From NCBI GenBank assembly GCA_030156825.1, contig JASGLU010000003.1:1-56624 (forward strand): DNA of 56,624 nucleotides, in the 5' to 3' direction. Below the pieces are notes generated by a model, which saw only the letters and a list, made by a program, of their open reading frames with translations, was not told the DNA's origin and did not search any database. The stretch is from Candidatus Atribacteria bacterium. GTDB taxonomy: Bacteria > Atribacterota > Atribacteria > Atribacterales > JASGLU01. A program made the translations under genes and the position numbers. Positions 1 to 10,234 of this stretch are shown here, in pieces (within the stretch, counting starts at the first letter, position 1; every line of letters begins with the position of its first letter).

Positions 1-43
1 ATAACCCCCAAAAAACAAAACAAAGACAAAAAGATAGAGACTA

Positions 44-176
44 ACTGAGGAAGAAAGACACTTCCTCAGTAATAGGGGGTAAACCCCCTATAACCCCGAA
101 AGGCAAAAAACATAAAAAAACAAATACAAACAATAACGGATGAAGTGGATGCCTGATTAAGAATTTCAGACATGAC
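44..176. repeat. Cluster of REP-like palindromes
   Basis: ACTGAGGAAG-N7-CTTCCTCAGT (44-70), ATAGGGGGT-AA-ACCCCCTAT (72-91), GGATGCCTGA..TCAGACATGAC (147-176); the first and third recur at 18197-18237/19881-19905 and 18137-18166/22873-22902. Confidence 0.7.
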
Positions 177-239
177 AAATGAAAACAACCGGAGAGCCCC
201 TCCTTTATGGCTCCCCAGGAAACAAAGAAAAGACCGGCT

Positions 240-1043
240 CTACCGAATCAGGTAATTGATAGTTTGTTTTGCCGCCTCAGAAAAGTTGGGTTGCTGAATA
301 ATTTCGGCCGAGACAAAACCCTGATAGTTTATATCCTGCAAAGCCCGAAAGATAGAGGTAAAATCGGTGTGACCCCAGCCCGGCGCCCAACGGTTACTAT
401 CGGCAACATGAAAATGCCAGATGTACTTTCCGGCCCCAAATATGCTCTGGTAGAAGTCAACTTCTTCTATGTTCATATGAAAACTGTCGGCTAAAATCCC
501 CAAATTATCATCTTGTAAAGAAGAGATAAACTCCGAAGTTTCCTCTATAGTATTTAGAAAATTAATTTCGTATCTATTCAAAGGCTCGATCACCAGCTTG
601 ATTCCTTTTTCTTTGGCAAAGTGGCTGCATTCCAAAAGGCTTTCCTTAAAGTATGCCAGGGCTTCCCCTCTTTTCTCTTCTTCCAGTGGCAGGTTACCTC
701 GGATAAGCCCTATAATTACCAAACTTCTCCACTGAGAAGCAAAATCAACATGGCTTTTCAAGCGCTCTATCGTCTTTTTTCTTACACCTGCTTCCAGACT
801 GCTCAGGCTTAAGCCCTCTTCTATAAAAGCCTGGCCAGTCCCGATAGCAGGAACAGTTAACCCAGAATCATCTATCGCCGGTTTTACCTCTCCCATCTCT
901 ATCTCATTCGGGTTGCGGACCGCTAACTCTATCCCTTGATAACCCAGCTTTTTCAACTCAGAAACAATAGCGGTAAAAGACTCGCCAAAGGCAATGGCTC
1001 CAAATTTTGTTTTCTGTAAAGAAACGGCAAAGCTCAGTTTCAT
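240..1043 (-). CDS. iolO: 5-keto-L-gluconate epimerase (xylose-isomerase-like TIM barrel)
   Basis: AIGTGQA, LVIIGLIRG, IEPLNRYE, DSFHMNIEE, HFHVADSNRWAPG motifs match my recollection of T. maritima IolO; iol context. Confidence 0.85.
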   Translation of the reverse strand: MKLSFAVSLQKTKFGAIAFGESFTAIVSELKKLGYQGIELAVRNPNEIEMGEVKPAIDDSGLTVPAIGTGQAFIEEGLSLSSLEAGVRKKTIERLKSHVDFASQWRSLVIIGLIRGNLPLEEEKRGEALAYFKESLLECSHFAKEKGIKLVIEPLNRYEINFLNTIEETSEFISSLQDDNLGILADSFHMNIEEVDFYQSIFGAGKYIWHFHVADSNRWAPGWGHTDFTSIFRALQDINYQGFVSAEIIQQPNFSEAAKQTINYLIR

Positions 1044-1055
1044 GGTTTTCCTCCT

Positions 1056-2090
1056 TTATATTTTTGTTTTATCAATTCGGGCACAACTTTTTCGAATGAC
1101 CAGTTTGGGCGGGAAAACTATTTGCTGCCGAATGTCTCTCTTGTCCGGGTTCAAAATCTTATCCATAATAATTCTTCCGCTTAAAGCCCCCACTTCGGCA
1201 ATAGATTGAGAAATAGTGGTAAGCTGAATTAACCCCAATGAACTAAGAGGAATATCATCAAACCCGATAACCGAGAGCTCTTCTGGCACTTTAACTCCTT
1301 GTTCATTGCAAGCTTCAAACACCCCAATAGCCATAGCATCGTTAGCGGAAAAAACAGCAGTAGGCCGGTATTCTCCCGCTCGGAGCATTCTCATTCCTTC
1401 CTGGTAGCCGTTTTCCATCCTGAATTCGCCACAATAGATGTACTCCTCCTTTGCTTCTATCCCTGCTTCCGCTAAGGCTTTTTTATAACCTTCCAGACGC
1501 TCTAAGTTAGAAGAGGTAGGCCAATGACCTCCCAGGTATGCAATCTTAGTATGGCCTAAAGAAAGAAGATACTTAGTAGCCAAATATCCTCCCAATACAC
1601 TATCCACTATTACATAATCATATTGTTCCCGGTTTTCTGGTAGACGCGAGACAAAAACCATAGGAGTCTGATTTTGAGCCAAGCTCTGAATTGCCTGATC
1701 GTTCATCCGAGTGGCCCCCAGAATTATGCCGTCTACCTTTTTCCCCATAAGCGACCTGACATATAGCTCTTCCTCTTCTTCTCTTCCATTGGTGTTGCAA
1801 AGAAAAATATGGTATTGGTAACTCCGACATACCTCCTCAATGTTTCTCACCATCACTGCATAAAAGGGATTAGTGATATCGGAGATTACCACCCCCACTA
1901 TTCCGGTTCTTCGAGTAGTGAGACTCTGGGCTAACGGATTGGGGTGGTAATTTCTCTGTTGAATCACTTTTAATACTCTTTCCCTGGTTCTCTTGGCCAC
2001 CTTTTCCGGATTATTTAACACTCGAGAAACAGTGGCTTTCGAAACCCCAGCCTCTCGCGCTATATCGTTTATAGTAATTCCTTTATCCAT
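1056..2090 (-). CDS. LacI-family transcriptional repressor (probable inositol regulon repressor)
   Basis: N-terminal TINDIAREAGVSKATVSRVLN HTH plus sugar-binding domain. Confidence 0.93.
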   Translation of the reverse strand: MDKGITINDIAREAGVSKATVSRVLNNPEKVAKRTRERVLKVIQQRNYHPNPLAQSLTTRRTGIVGVVISDITNPFYAVMVRNIEEVCRSYQYHIFLCNTNGREEEEELYVRSLMGKKVDGIILGATRMNDQAIQSLAQNQTPMVFVSRLPENREQYDYVIVDSVLGGYLATKYLLSLGHTKIAYLGGHWPTSSNLERLEGYKKALAEAGIEAKEEYIYCGEFRMENGYQEGMRMLRAGEYRPTAVFSANDAMAIGVFEACNEQGVKVPEELSVIGFDDIPLSSLGLIQLTTISQSIAEVGALSGRIIMDKILNPDKRDIRQQIVFPPKLVIRKSCARIDKTKI

Positions 2091-2107
2091 TTTTCTCTCT
2101 TCCTTCT

Positions 2108-2308
2108 TGAAACCGATTTCTAATGTTTTACTAAATTATTTTATGATAAATCATCGAGTTTAGCAAGTAAAGTTGACGGAAAAAGTCTGTTTTAAGCTAA
2201 AATTATTCATTAAAATTTCCTGAAAATTTTGATCATCTCTGTCTTGACAAACCAACAAAACTAATTTATCCTAAAACCAGTTTCATAAATTGTCTAATTA
2301 AAGGAGGA
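2108..2308. promoter_or_regulatory. Bidirectional promoter module copy 1 with two LacI-type operators
   Basis: + strand TTGACA(2244)-N17-TATCCT then AAAACCAGTTTC (2273-2284); - strand TTGCTA(2166)-N17-TAAAAT then GAAACCGATTTC (2109-2120). Confidence 0.8.
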
Positions 2309-2496
2309 TAACTTATGAAATTGGTAAAATTAATCTTAATTCAAGAATAAATTTTCGTTTTATCAAAAATTTAGGAGGTGCAGCATAAAACAAGGTGTGT
2401 GGTGTTTTGCTTAGTGTTCTGATCATGTTGTTTGGTATCAGTGAAGTAGTTCTTGCAGACTTTTAACTAGAGTGAAAAACAAAAGGAGGCAACAAA

Positions 2497-3582
2497 ATGA
2501 AGATTTTAAAAGGTACCTTTACTATTTCGTTAGTGGTATTACTGTTTATGTCTTTTGCAATTACAGCGTTTGGCCAAGAACTGGAGATTATCCCCATAGG
2601 AGAAAAATTTTACTTTAAAAATACCCACTCTCATAACGATTATTACAGAGCTCGTCCACTATTAGATGCTATCGACAATGGGATGGGTAGTATTGAAGCT
2701 GACGTTTATTATATAGAACTCTCCATCACCGATGATGAGGGAAATTCCAGAGTTATGAAAGAATTGTATGTAGCACATGATTGGGATGAAATTACAGGAG
2801 ATTCCGATTATAAAACGAAAGGAACCCTCCAAAGCCTGTATTTAGATCCTCTCTATAAGATTTACCTCTCAAATGGAGGAAAGATTTATAATACACCCGA
2901 AGAAACTCTCTTGCTCCATGTAGATTTTAAAACCGATACCGATAAAACCTGGAATCTTCTCCAAAGCATTCTAAAAAACTACCCTGGGCTTTTTACAATT
3001 TACGAGCGAGACACTAAAAAAGTGACTCAAGGCCCGGTGACAGTATTCACCAATGCGGAACCCGAAAATATTCCAGATGAATGGTCAATTTTCTACTCAA
3101 CCGCAGACGGAAGATTTGGAAACATTTACGACCCCGAGGTTTGGGAATCTGATGCCTACCTCGACTTCAAGCATAGAATGCCAATCATTAGTAGCAATCT
3201 TATAGCGTATAACGATATTACTCAATTTTTCGATTTTTTAGTGTCGAAAGAAGGTATTGTAGAAGAATACGCCGACGATTATCCAAATTTATCTATAGAT
3301 ACCCTATATGACGCTTTGCAAGATGATGAGTGGGCTTTAGCTAATCGATTAATAGAAGATGGAAAAATTAAGGTTTCTGATTATCTGATTTCCCAGATGA
3401 AAAAGGCAGATCTTCTTGGTAAAGAATATGGCCACCTCATGCGTTTCTGGGCTTCTCCTGATTACCAATGGTTTTGGGATATTCAAAGCTCTTTAACAAA
3501 TGTTATGATAAACACAAATAGACCGGAAACACTAAGAAAATATCTTATGCACAAAGCTTACATTGCACAACATACCCCATAA
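2497..3582 (+). CDS. Secreted PLC-like/GDPD-like phosphodiesterase (Aim6-like HSHNDY family)
   Basis: Signal peptide ending AFG; THSHNDY..LLDA..GMGSIEADV, LYVAHD, LYLDPL, MRFWASPD motifs; RBS AAGGAGG. Confidence 0.75.
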   Translation: MKILKGTFTISLVVLLFMSFAITAFGQELEIIPIGEKFYFKNTHSHNDYYRARPLLDAIDNGMGSIEADVYYIELSITDDEGNSRVMKELYVAHDWDEITGDSDYKTKGTLQSLYLDPLYKIYLSNGGKIYNTPEETLLLHVDFKTDTDKTWNLLQSILKNYPGLFTIYERDTKKVTQGPVTVFTNAEPENIPDEWSIFYSTADGRFGNIYDPEVWESDAYLDFKHRMPIISSNLIAYNDITQFFDFLVSKEGIVEEYADDYPNLSIDTLYDALQDDEWALANRLIEDGKIKVSDYLISQMKKADLLGKEYGHLMRFWASPDYQWFWDIQSSLTNVMINTNRPETLRKYLMHKAYIAQHTP

Positions 3583-3584
3583 TT

Positions 3585-3628
3585 AGCTAAAAGAGGGACG
3601 GGAGTGGAACTCCGTCCCTCTTTTAGCT
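3585..3628. terminator. Bidirectional intrinsic terminator
   Basis: AGCTAAAAGAGGGACGG..CCGTCCCTCTTTTAGCT between convergent genes. Confidence 0.85.
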
Positions 3629-3650
3629 GGTAACCAGACCTTCATTTATA

Positions 3651-4544
3651 CTATAGATAATTTTTGTAATAACTGTTTATATAAGCTAATACATCTTCCC
3701 TAGCGCCTTTAAACGGTCCTGATGTTTCCATCTTGAGCGATGTTAAAGCAGCAGCATAATATAGAGCTTCATCAGGTTCTCTATGGATCCTTTCGGATAT
3801 ATAGGCGCCGAAACAAGTGTCACCTCTACCGGTTCTCCCTGATAAGTTTCGCGGCTTAAACGGAGCCTTATAATATTGATGACCATCGTAAACTAATACC
3901 TCGGTATTGTATGTTATCATTACTTCTTTTGGCCCCCAGGTGCAGAGCAGCTCGGCGGCTTTTTCCCTATTTTCTATGCCAGTCATTATTCTAGATTCAT
4001 TTGCATCAGTTTTCAAAAAATTAATATATGGCAAATACTCATATTTTTTATCCCAATCTTCATAAAACATATGCCCATTGTTGCTTTTGCGCAATAAACC
4101 CTGGGCATCTACCGCTACTTCCCCCTTCTTTGAAAGACTTTTTGTTAAATCATATTCAAAGTCTCCCTGAATTAATCCTGCCAGATAGTATATATTAGCG
4201 TCTACATTGGGTGGTATTTCCTCCATCCTAAACGGATCAGCTACACTTAAAACAGTAGATACTCTACTTTCCCTGTCTTCAGTCAAATACTCATTTCTAA
4301 TAGATGTAGTTTTGCCTGATTTTATATGATAAATATCCTCTTTAGGAATGTTGAATAAACTAGCTATTTTCTCGTCATCCTCAGACGATTTTGTTAATAT
4401 TCCTATTTTATTCTGCCCAGTTGCAGCTGCGCAAGCAGCATACAACACGGCCCCACCATATATCCTTTCAGTTTGATCATGATAAATGTTCTCGTCCCAA
4501 GATATGTGACCGATAATAAAGATATCGTATTTTTTAACGTTCAC
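3651..4544 (-). CDS. PfkB/ribokinase-family kinase with PPi-dependent inositol kinase signature (TM0415/IolK-like)
   Basis: DAQGLLR, FLKTD, APF..SGRTGRGDT, TSLKM motifs; GTG start at 4544 behind GGAGG (ORF track starts 4559). Confidence 0.8.
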   Translation of the reverse strand: MNVKKYDIFIIGHISWDENIYHDQTERIYGGAVLYAACAAATGQNKIGILTKSSEDDEKIASLFNIPKEDIYHIKSGKTTSIRNEYLTEDRESRVSTVLSVADPFRMEEIPPNVDANIYYLAGLIQGDFEYDLTKSLSKKGEVAVDAQGLLRKSNNGHMFYEDWDKKYEYLPYINFLKTDANESRIMTGIENREKAAELLCTWGPKEVMITYNTEVLVYDGHQYYKAPFKPRNLSGRTGRGDTCFGAYISERIHREPDEALYYAAALTSLKMETSGPFKGAREDVLAYINSYYKNYL

Positions 4545-4650
4545 TTTCTCTTCCTCCATATTACTGGTTTAAAAGCAACATGGTTTACATAGTCACTATA
4601 AGCCATCTTCATAATTTTTTTGTATTTCCAGCATCATTTTTTTCTTCTTC

Positions 4651-4844
4651 GAAACCGCTTTCTAATTGTGAAGTTATTTTACAACAATCTGTAGAGCTTA
4701 GCAAATAATCTGAGAAAAAAAGATTGTTTTAGATTAAACTTGTCTGTTAGAGCCATCTGTCAAATTCGGCACTTTGCTCTTGACAAACGATTAAAATTAC
4801 TTTACTATAAAACCAGTTTCATAAATTGTCTAATTAAAGGAGGA
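4651..4844. promoter_or_regulatory. Bidirectional promoter module copy 2 with two LacI-type operators
   Basis: + TTGACA(4780)-N17-TACTAT then AAAACCAGTTTC (4809-4820); - TTGCTA(4704)-N17-TAAAAT then GAAACCGCTTTC (4651-4662). Confidence 0.8.
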
Positions 4845-4850
4845 ATTGTT

Positions 4851-6035
4851 ATGAAAGCCGTAAGATTACATGCTCAATGGAGTCCCAAGCCAGATTTCAA
4901 ACTCGGTCCCAAAGATATAGAAGGAAAGGTTACCTGGTTAGGGAGCAAGGTGTGGCGGTATCCAGAAGTAAAATTTGAAGACATTCCTAAGCCAGAAATC
5001 AAAAGACCAACCGAGGTTGTTATCAAAGTACGAGCTTGCGGGATATGCGGTAGTGATGTCCACATGGCACAAGCTGATGAAAATGGTTACATCTTCTACC
5101 CCGGTCTCACCGGCTTTCCAGCGGTTTTAGGTCACGAATTCTCAGGTGAAGTAGTAGAAGCCGGGCCAGAGGCCATAAACCGCAGAAATAACCAACCATT
5201 TGAAATAGGAGAACCGGTAACTGCCGAAGAAATGCTCTGGTGTGGTTACTGCCGGCACTGCGCTGATGGTTTTCCCAACCACTGTGAAAACCTGCATGAG
5301 ATAGGCTTTGACGTTGATGGAGCGTTTGCCGAGTATATCGTAGTTGATGCTAAATATCTCTGGAGCTTGAAGGAATTAGAGAAAAACTATGCCGGGGAAA
5401 AGCTCTTTTTAGCCGGAAGCATAGTAGAGCCAACCTCTGTCGCTTACAATGCAGTGATTGAACGAGGAGGAGGGGTCAGGCCGGGAGATAGCGTAGTAAT
5501 TTTCGGAGGAGGACCTATTGGTTTAGGCGCCTGTGCTGTCTTGAAAAGAGGCGGTGCCCAGGTTATTCTCTCTGAACCTTCAGAAGTCAGAAGAAAGATG
5601 GCAGAAGAAATGGGAGTTGACTTTACCATCAATCCTCAAAAAGAGAATGTAGCCGAAGCTATTCTCGAGTACACCAAAGGGATGGGAGCAAAAATCTACC
5701 TGGAGGCTACCGGTGTGCCCCAAATAATCTGGAAAGATTTGGAAGAAACTATCTGGAGTGCTCGCGGTATCAATTCCACCGTGGTGGTGGTAGCCCGAGC
5801 TGATGTGGAGATCCCCTTAACCGCTGAAGTTTTTCAAGTTAAACGAGCACAGATTGTAGGCTCACAAGGACACTCAGGACACGGTAACTTCCCCCATGTT
5901 ATTTCCCTTATGGCTGCCGGCATGGATATGACCAAAGCAATCTCCAAAACCGTTACCTTGGAAGAAATACCTCAATACATAAAACGCTTACAAACTGATA
6001 AAGACTTAATAAAAGTTACCGCAATAAACCAATAG
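4851..6035 (+). CDS. iolM: scyllo-inosose 3-dehydrogenase (Zn-dependent MDR)
   Basis: MKAVRLHAQW..KLGPKDIEGKVTWLGSKVWRYP N-terminus characteristic of IolM; CGICGSD, GHEFSG, structural Zn Cys cluster; ATG 4851 behind AAGGAGG. Confidence 0.9.
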   Translation: MKAVRLHAQWSPKPDFKLGPKDIEGKVTWLGSKVWRYPEVKFEDIPKPEIKRPTEVVIKVRACGICGSDVHMAQADENGYIFYPGLTGFPAVLGHEFSGEVVEAGPEAINRRNNQPFEIGEPVTAEEMLWCGYCRHCADGFPNHCENLHEIGFDVDGAFAEYIVVDAKYLWSLKELEKNYAGEKLFLAGSIVEPTSVAYNAVIERGGGVRPGDSVVIFGGGPIGLGACAVLKRGGAQVILSEPSEVRRKMAEEMGVDFTINPQKENVAEAILEYTKGMGAKIYLEATGVPQIIWKDLEETIWSARGINSTVVVVARADVEIPLTAEVFQVKRAQIVGSQGHSGHGNFPHVISLMAAGMDMTKAISKTVTLEEIPQYIKRLQTDKDLIKVTAINQ

Positions 6036-6282
6036 GGGAAGAGAGAATAAAGAGAGGAGGTGAGGACACGTAGATAAAATTTAGTTAATAGTCTTCAAGA
6101 AAGTCTATGGGTAGGTTGCCTGAGAAAGAAAATTATCTCAAAGAAATTAAAAAGAGGTTGAAAATAAATTGAAGCAGTTTTTGAAAGAAGGGAAGGAAAA
6201 CTATTTATCCCAAGGCAACAGGTGGTAAGAGTGACGAAAATAGCTTTGTTAAGAACAATAATTTGGTTTATGGGAGGATAAA

Positions 6283-7299
6283 ATGATTAGTTTAGCAAAA
6301 AAAACGTTTTTGCTGTTTACCGTGGTGTTAGTGTTGATATCACTTTTTATGGCAGCAAGTGTTTATGCGTCCGAATCTCTAATTGTATATAGTCCACTTC
6401 ACGAAGAAGAAATCGCTCGCATTCTTGATAAGTTTTCTCAAGAAACTGGAATTAAGACAGAATTTATCCGTTTAAGTGCAGGAGCTGTTGCCGCAAGACT
6501 AATAGCAGAGAAAGACCGTCCAATGGCAGATGTTTTTTTTGGTGGTTCTGCAGAGAGCCATGAATCGTTAATAGGCGAAGGGATACTTAGGCCCTACCAA
6601 TCTCCTGTTCTTCAGGATATAGATCCTAGTTTCTATCACCCTGAATACTACTGGAGTGGTTTCTATGTTGGTGCCATTGGTTTTGCAATTAATAATAATA
6701 GATTTAAACAAAAATACCCTGATAAAGAATATCCAGCTACATGGGAAGATCTTTTAGACCCCAATTATAAAGGAGAAATCTCGATGGCTTCACCAGCTGC
6801 TTCAGGTACCGCCTACACTATCGTAGCAACTCAGTTTTTCCGCCTGGGTGAAGAAAAAGCTTGGGAATATTTAGAAGAACTCGACAAAAACATTGCTTTT
6901 TATACCTCTGCGGGAGCGGCTCCGGCACAACATGCTGCTATAGGAGAATGTATAATTGGCATTGCTTTTGGGCACGATGTTATGAAGCTTATACAAAGCG
7001 GTTACGACCTCAACCTTGTCTATCCTAAAGATACTGGTTGGGAAGTTGGCGCTGTTTCGATTGTAAAAGATGGACCCAATCCAGAAGCGGCGGAAAAGTT
7101 TGTTGATTGGATATTGAGTGTAGATGGTCAACAACTCCATTCAGACATAAGCCTACGCGTAGCAACACACCCAGAAGTCGTATTACCGGAAGGATCAACA
7201 CCTATATCTGATTTACAGCTCGTAGATTATGACTATGGATGGGCTGGCCAGAATAGAGAACGCATTGTTGAAGAGTGGAACAATCGTTTCCTTGATTAA
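6283..7299 (+). CDS. ABC transporter substrate-binding protein, AfuA/FbpA-like (sugar-phosphate/Fe3+ class)
   Basis: Signal peptide; RLSAG..ARLIAEK, DVFFGG, ASPAASGTAY, IAFGHD motifs. Confidence 0.85.
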   Translation: MISLAKKTFLLFTVVLVLISLFMAASVYASESLIVYSPLHEEEIARILDKFSQETGIKTEFIRLSAGAVAARLIAEKDRPMADVFFGGSAESHESLIGEGILRPYQSPVLQDIDPSFYHPEYYWSGFYVGAIGFAINNNRFKQKYPDKEYPATWEDLLDPNYKGEISMASPAASGTAYTIVATQFFRLGEEKAWEYLEELDKNIAFYTSAGAAPAQHAAIGECIIGIAFGHDVMKLIQSGYDLNLVYPKDTGWEVGAVSIVKDGPNPEAAEKFVDWILSVDGQQLHSDISLRVATHPEVVLPEGSTPISDLQLVDYDYGWAGQNRERIVEEWNNRFLD

Positions 7300-7377
7300 A
7301 AGACCTGATTCAGGGGAGGGTTTCTCCTCCCCCCCCTTTGTTACATAAGATAAAACCAAATAACGGAGGCGAACATA

Positions 7378-9045
7378 ATGTCGTTTGAGTTACAATACGA
7401 AGAAGGAACACAGCGTCCTTCGCGATTCAGCCTTAGAAAATTTTTGCAAGATCCTGCTTTTTTTTTCGCTATTGCGGTTATTGGCATATTATTATTCTTA
7501 CTAATTGTTTACCCTCTCCTAAGCGTAGTAACTTATCCAACTTTAGAAACCTGGAGGAAGTTTCTTACACAAGCACGTTATATAAAGGTTCTTGGGAATA
7601 GCGTTCTTCTTGCAATTTTAACAACCTTTAGTTCAACACTTGTTGGATTTTGTTTCGCCTATGCCTTAACTAGAGAAGATTTTCCTTTCAAAGGCTTTTT
7701 TAGAACAATAAGCATTCTTCCGCTAATATCTCCACCTTTTGTTACGGGATTAGCTTTAATTTTACTTTTTGGACGCCAAGGGTTAATCACTCACGCTTTA
7801 TTAGGTTTAGATGTTTCTGTTTATGGTCTATTTGGATTATGGTTTGCTCAAACCATAGCATACTACCCGGTCGCAGCCTTAACGCTTTCGGGAGTGTTAA
7901 AAAGCATAAACCCAACTTTGGAATATGCGGCAAGAGACTTAGGACAAAGTGAATGGGGAATATTTAAAACCATTACCCTGCCATTAATTACTCCCGGAAT
8001 AGCCAGCGCAGCTCTCTTGGTATCCATGTACGCCTTGAGTGATTTTGGTAACCCAATGGTTATCGGAGGGCCTTTCAGGGTTTTGGCAACAGAAGCTTAT
8101 ATGCAGGTTACCGGAATGTATAATCTACCAATGGCTGCTGTAGTCAGCTTTTTTCTTTTAATTCCTAGCCTGTGTGTTTTTCTTCTACAAAGATACTGGG
8201 TCGGTCGCAAACAATATGAAACAGTGACTGGCAAAGGAGGCACACTCGAACCTCCCCCTACTCCAGCGATTGTAAAATATAGCTTATTAATTATTCTTCT
8301 TATTGTATCATTGTTAACTCTTGCAATTTTCGCAGTGGTTGTTTACGGAGCTTTCACCAAGACATGGGGAGTTGATTGGAGTTTTACACTTGCCAATTTT
8401 AGTTATACATTACTATCAAAAACAAGAGATATTTGGAACTCACTTTCTTTCGCGCTTTTAGCCGCGTTAGGAACCGCACTATTCGCCACTTTTGCCTCTT
8501 ACATAATTTATCGTAAGAGATTTTTTGGTAGAAAAGTGCTTGATTTAATTGCCGTATTACCAGGCGCTCTACCTGGCACTATGGTTGGTATTGCCTACAT
8601 ATTGGCCTTTAATCAGAAACCTTTATTATTAACAGGCACGGCAACAATAGTAATTCTGAGCATGATTGTAAGAAATATACCATTTGGCTATAGAAACAGT
8701 TTGTCGGTATTACATCAAATAGATGAGTCAATAGAAGAAAGTGCAGCAGACTTAGGAGCAAATACTCTACGGACGTTTAAAGATATCATGCTTCCCTTAC
8801 TTAAATCAGCTTTTTCAACAACTATAGTTTATGTATTTATTAAATCGGTAAACACTGTTTCTGCAGCAATATTTCTGGTTTCACCAAAAACAAACATTGC
8901 TACAACTTCGATCTTAGGATTATCAGAACATGGCTATTGGGGACAAGCAGCAGCAATGGCAACAATTCTTATCGGAATAACACTTCTAACAACGTTAGTA
9001 TTTGAAGCAATCGGTGGAAAAGAAAAGAAATTATTCGATTTTTAA
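7378..9045 (+). CDS. ABC transporter fused double permease, AfuB/FbpB-like
   Basis: 555 aa, two EAA-like loops (LEYAARDLG, IEESAADLG), SDFGNP motif. Confidence 0.88.
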   Translation: MSFELQYEEGTQRPSRFSLRKFLQDPAFFFAIAVIGILLFLLIVYPLLSVVTYPTLETWRKFLTQARYIKVLGNSVLLAILTTFSSTLVGFCFAYALTREDFPFKGFFRTISILPLISPPFVTGLALILLFGRQGLITHALLGLDVSVYGLFGLWFAQTIAYYPVAALTLSGVLKSINPTLEYAARDLGQSEWGIFKTITLPLITPGIASAALLVSMYALSDFGNPMVIGGPFRVLATEAYMQVTGMYNLPMAAVVSFFLLIPSLCVFLLQRYWVGRKQYETVTGKGGTLEPPPTPAIVKYSLLIILLIVSLLTLAIFAVVVYGAFTKTWGVDWSFTLANFSYTLLSKTRDIWNSLSFALLAALGTALFATFASYIIYRKRFFGRKVLDLIAVLPGALPGTMVGIAYILAFNQKPLLLTGTATIVILSMIVRNIPFGYRNSLSVLHQIDESIEESAADLGANTLRTFKDIMLPLLKSAFSTTIVYVFIKSVNTVSAAIFLVSPKTNIATTSILGLSEHGYWGQAAAMATILIGITLLTTLVFEAIGGKEKKLFDF

Positions 9046-9062
9046 GGGAGGATTGAAACCAT

Positions 9063-10196
9063 ATGAACATTATTAGTAAAGAATTAAAGGAAGAAAATAT
9101 CAAGACCAAGAATATTGATGATGGAAATGATAAAGTTCATGTTGAATTGGTTGGTCTAAGCAAAAAATATGGAGAACATTATGCGGTAAAAAACCTAAAT
9201 CTCAAAATTAAAAAGGGAAGTTTTACATGTCTTTTAGGGCCTTCTGGTTGTGGAAAAACCACTACCCTGAGAATGATTTCTGGTTTTGTAAATCCTACCG
9301 AGGGAGACGTTATTATTTCTGGCGTTTCTCAAAAAGATATCCCACCTCACAAGAGAAGTACTTCAATGGTGTTTCAGGAGTATGCACTTTTCCCTCATAT
9401 GACAGTTAGGGACAATATATCTTACGGGCTCAAGCTAAAAAGAATATCTGAAATGGAGCTGAAAAAAAGGGTAGATTACATATTGGAATTTATGAATCTT
9501 ACTTCTATGGCAGATAGATTCCCTAAATTTTTATCCGGAGGTCAACAGCAGCGGGTCGCACTCGCTCGTTCTTTAGTTATGGAACCAGAGGTTCTTTTAA
9601 TGGATGAACCCTTATCAAATCTAGATGCGAAATTGAGGGTAAAACTCCGTTCTGAGTTGAAAGAAATACAACAAAGATTGGGCATAACCACTATTTATGT
9701 AACCCACGACCAGGAAGAAGCTTTATCAATTTCTGACTATATAGCTATCTTAGATGAAGGTATCCTGCAACAATTTGATTCACCATGGGAGCTTTACTTT
9801 AACCCTAAAAACAAGTTTGTAGCTGATTTTGTTGGTTTAAACAATTTCATTCCCGTTAAGGTTGAAAAAGTTGAAAAAAATTATATAGCTGTAAAAGTAG
9901 CCGATAAAACCTTAAAGGTAGAAAATAGATATTTAGTGTCAAACATAAAAGAAAATATGATTTTAAGTATTAGACCGGAAAGTATAAAACTTAACCCTCC
10001 GGAAGAAACAGACAACCTAATCAAGGGAAGGGTAAAAGTACATAACTTTTTAGGTTCTGTTGTAAGATACTGGGTAGACATCGGAGCTGGAAGTCAAGAT
10101 ATAATTGTTGATGACCATGATCCTTATAGGAAATCAATATTATCGGGGGAGGTAAATCTTAAATTTGAATCTTTCGGAATCAAGCTTTTTGATTAA
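9063..10196 (+). CDS. ABC transporter ATPase, AfuC/PotA-like
   Basis: GPSGCGKT, LSGGQQQR, MDEPLSNLD, VTHDQ; C-terminal TOBE-like region. Confidence 0.92.
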   Translation: MNIISKELKEENIKTKNIDDGNDKVHVELVGLSKKYGEHYAVKNLNLKIKKGSFTCLLGPSGCGKTTTLRMISGFVNPTEGDVIISGVSQKDIPPHKRSTSMVFQEYALFPHMTVRDNISYGLKLKRISEMELKKRVDYILEFMNLTSMADRFPKFLSGGQQQRVALARSLVMEPEVLLMDEPLSNLDAKLRVKLRSELKEIQQRLGITTIYVTHDQEEALSISDYIAILDEGILQQFDSPWELYFNPKNKFVADFVGLNNFIPVKVEKVEKNYIAVKVADKTLKVENRYLVSNIKENMILSIRPESIKLNPPEETDNLIKGRVKVHNFLGSVVRYWVDIGAGSQDIIVDDHDPYRKSILSGEVNLKFESFGIKLFD

Positions 10197-10234
10197 TAAA
10201 GATGCTCAAATTAAATATAGGAGTTAGTGGGCAA

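Noticed and set aside
4740-4850. 37-aa N-terminal extension of iolM in the ORF track
   Set aside because: Overlaps the promoter and operator; RBS and homology support ATG 4851
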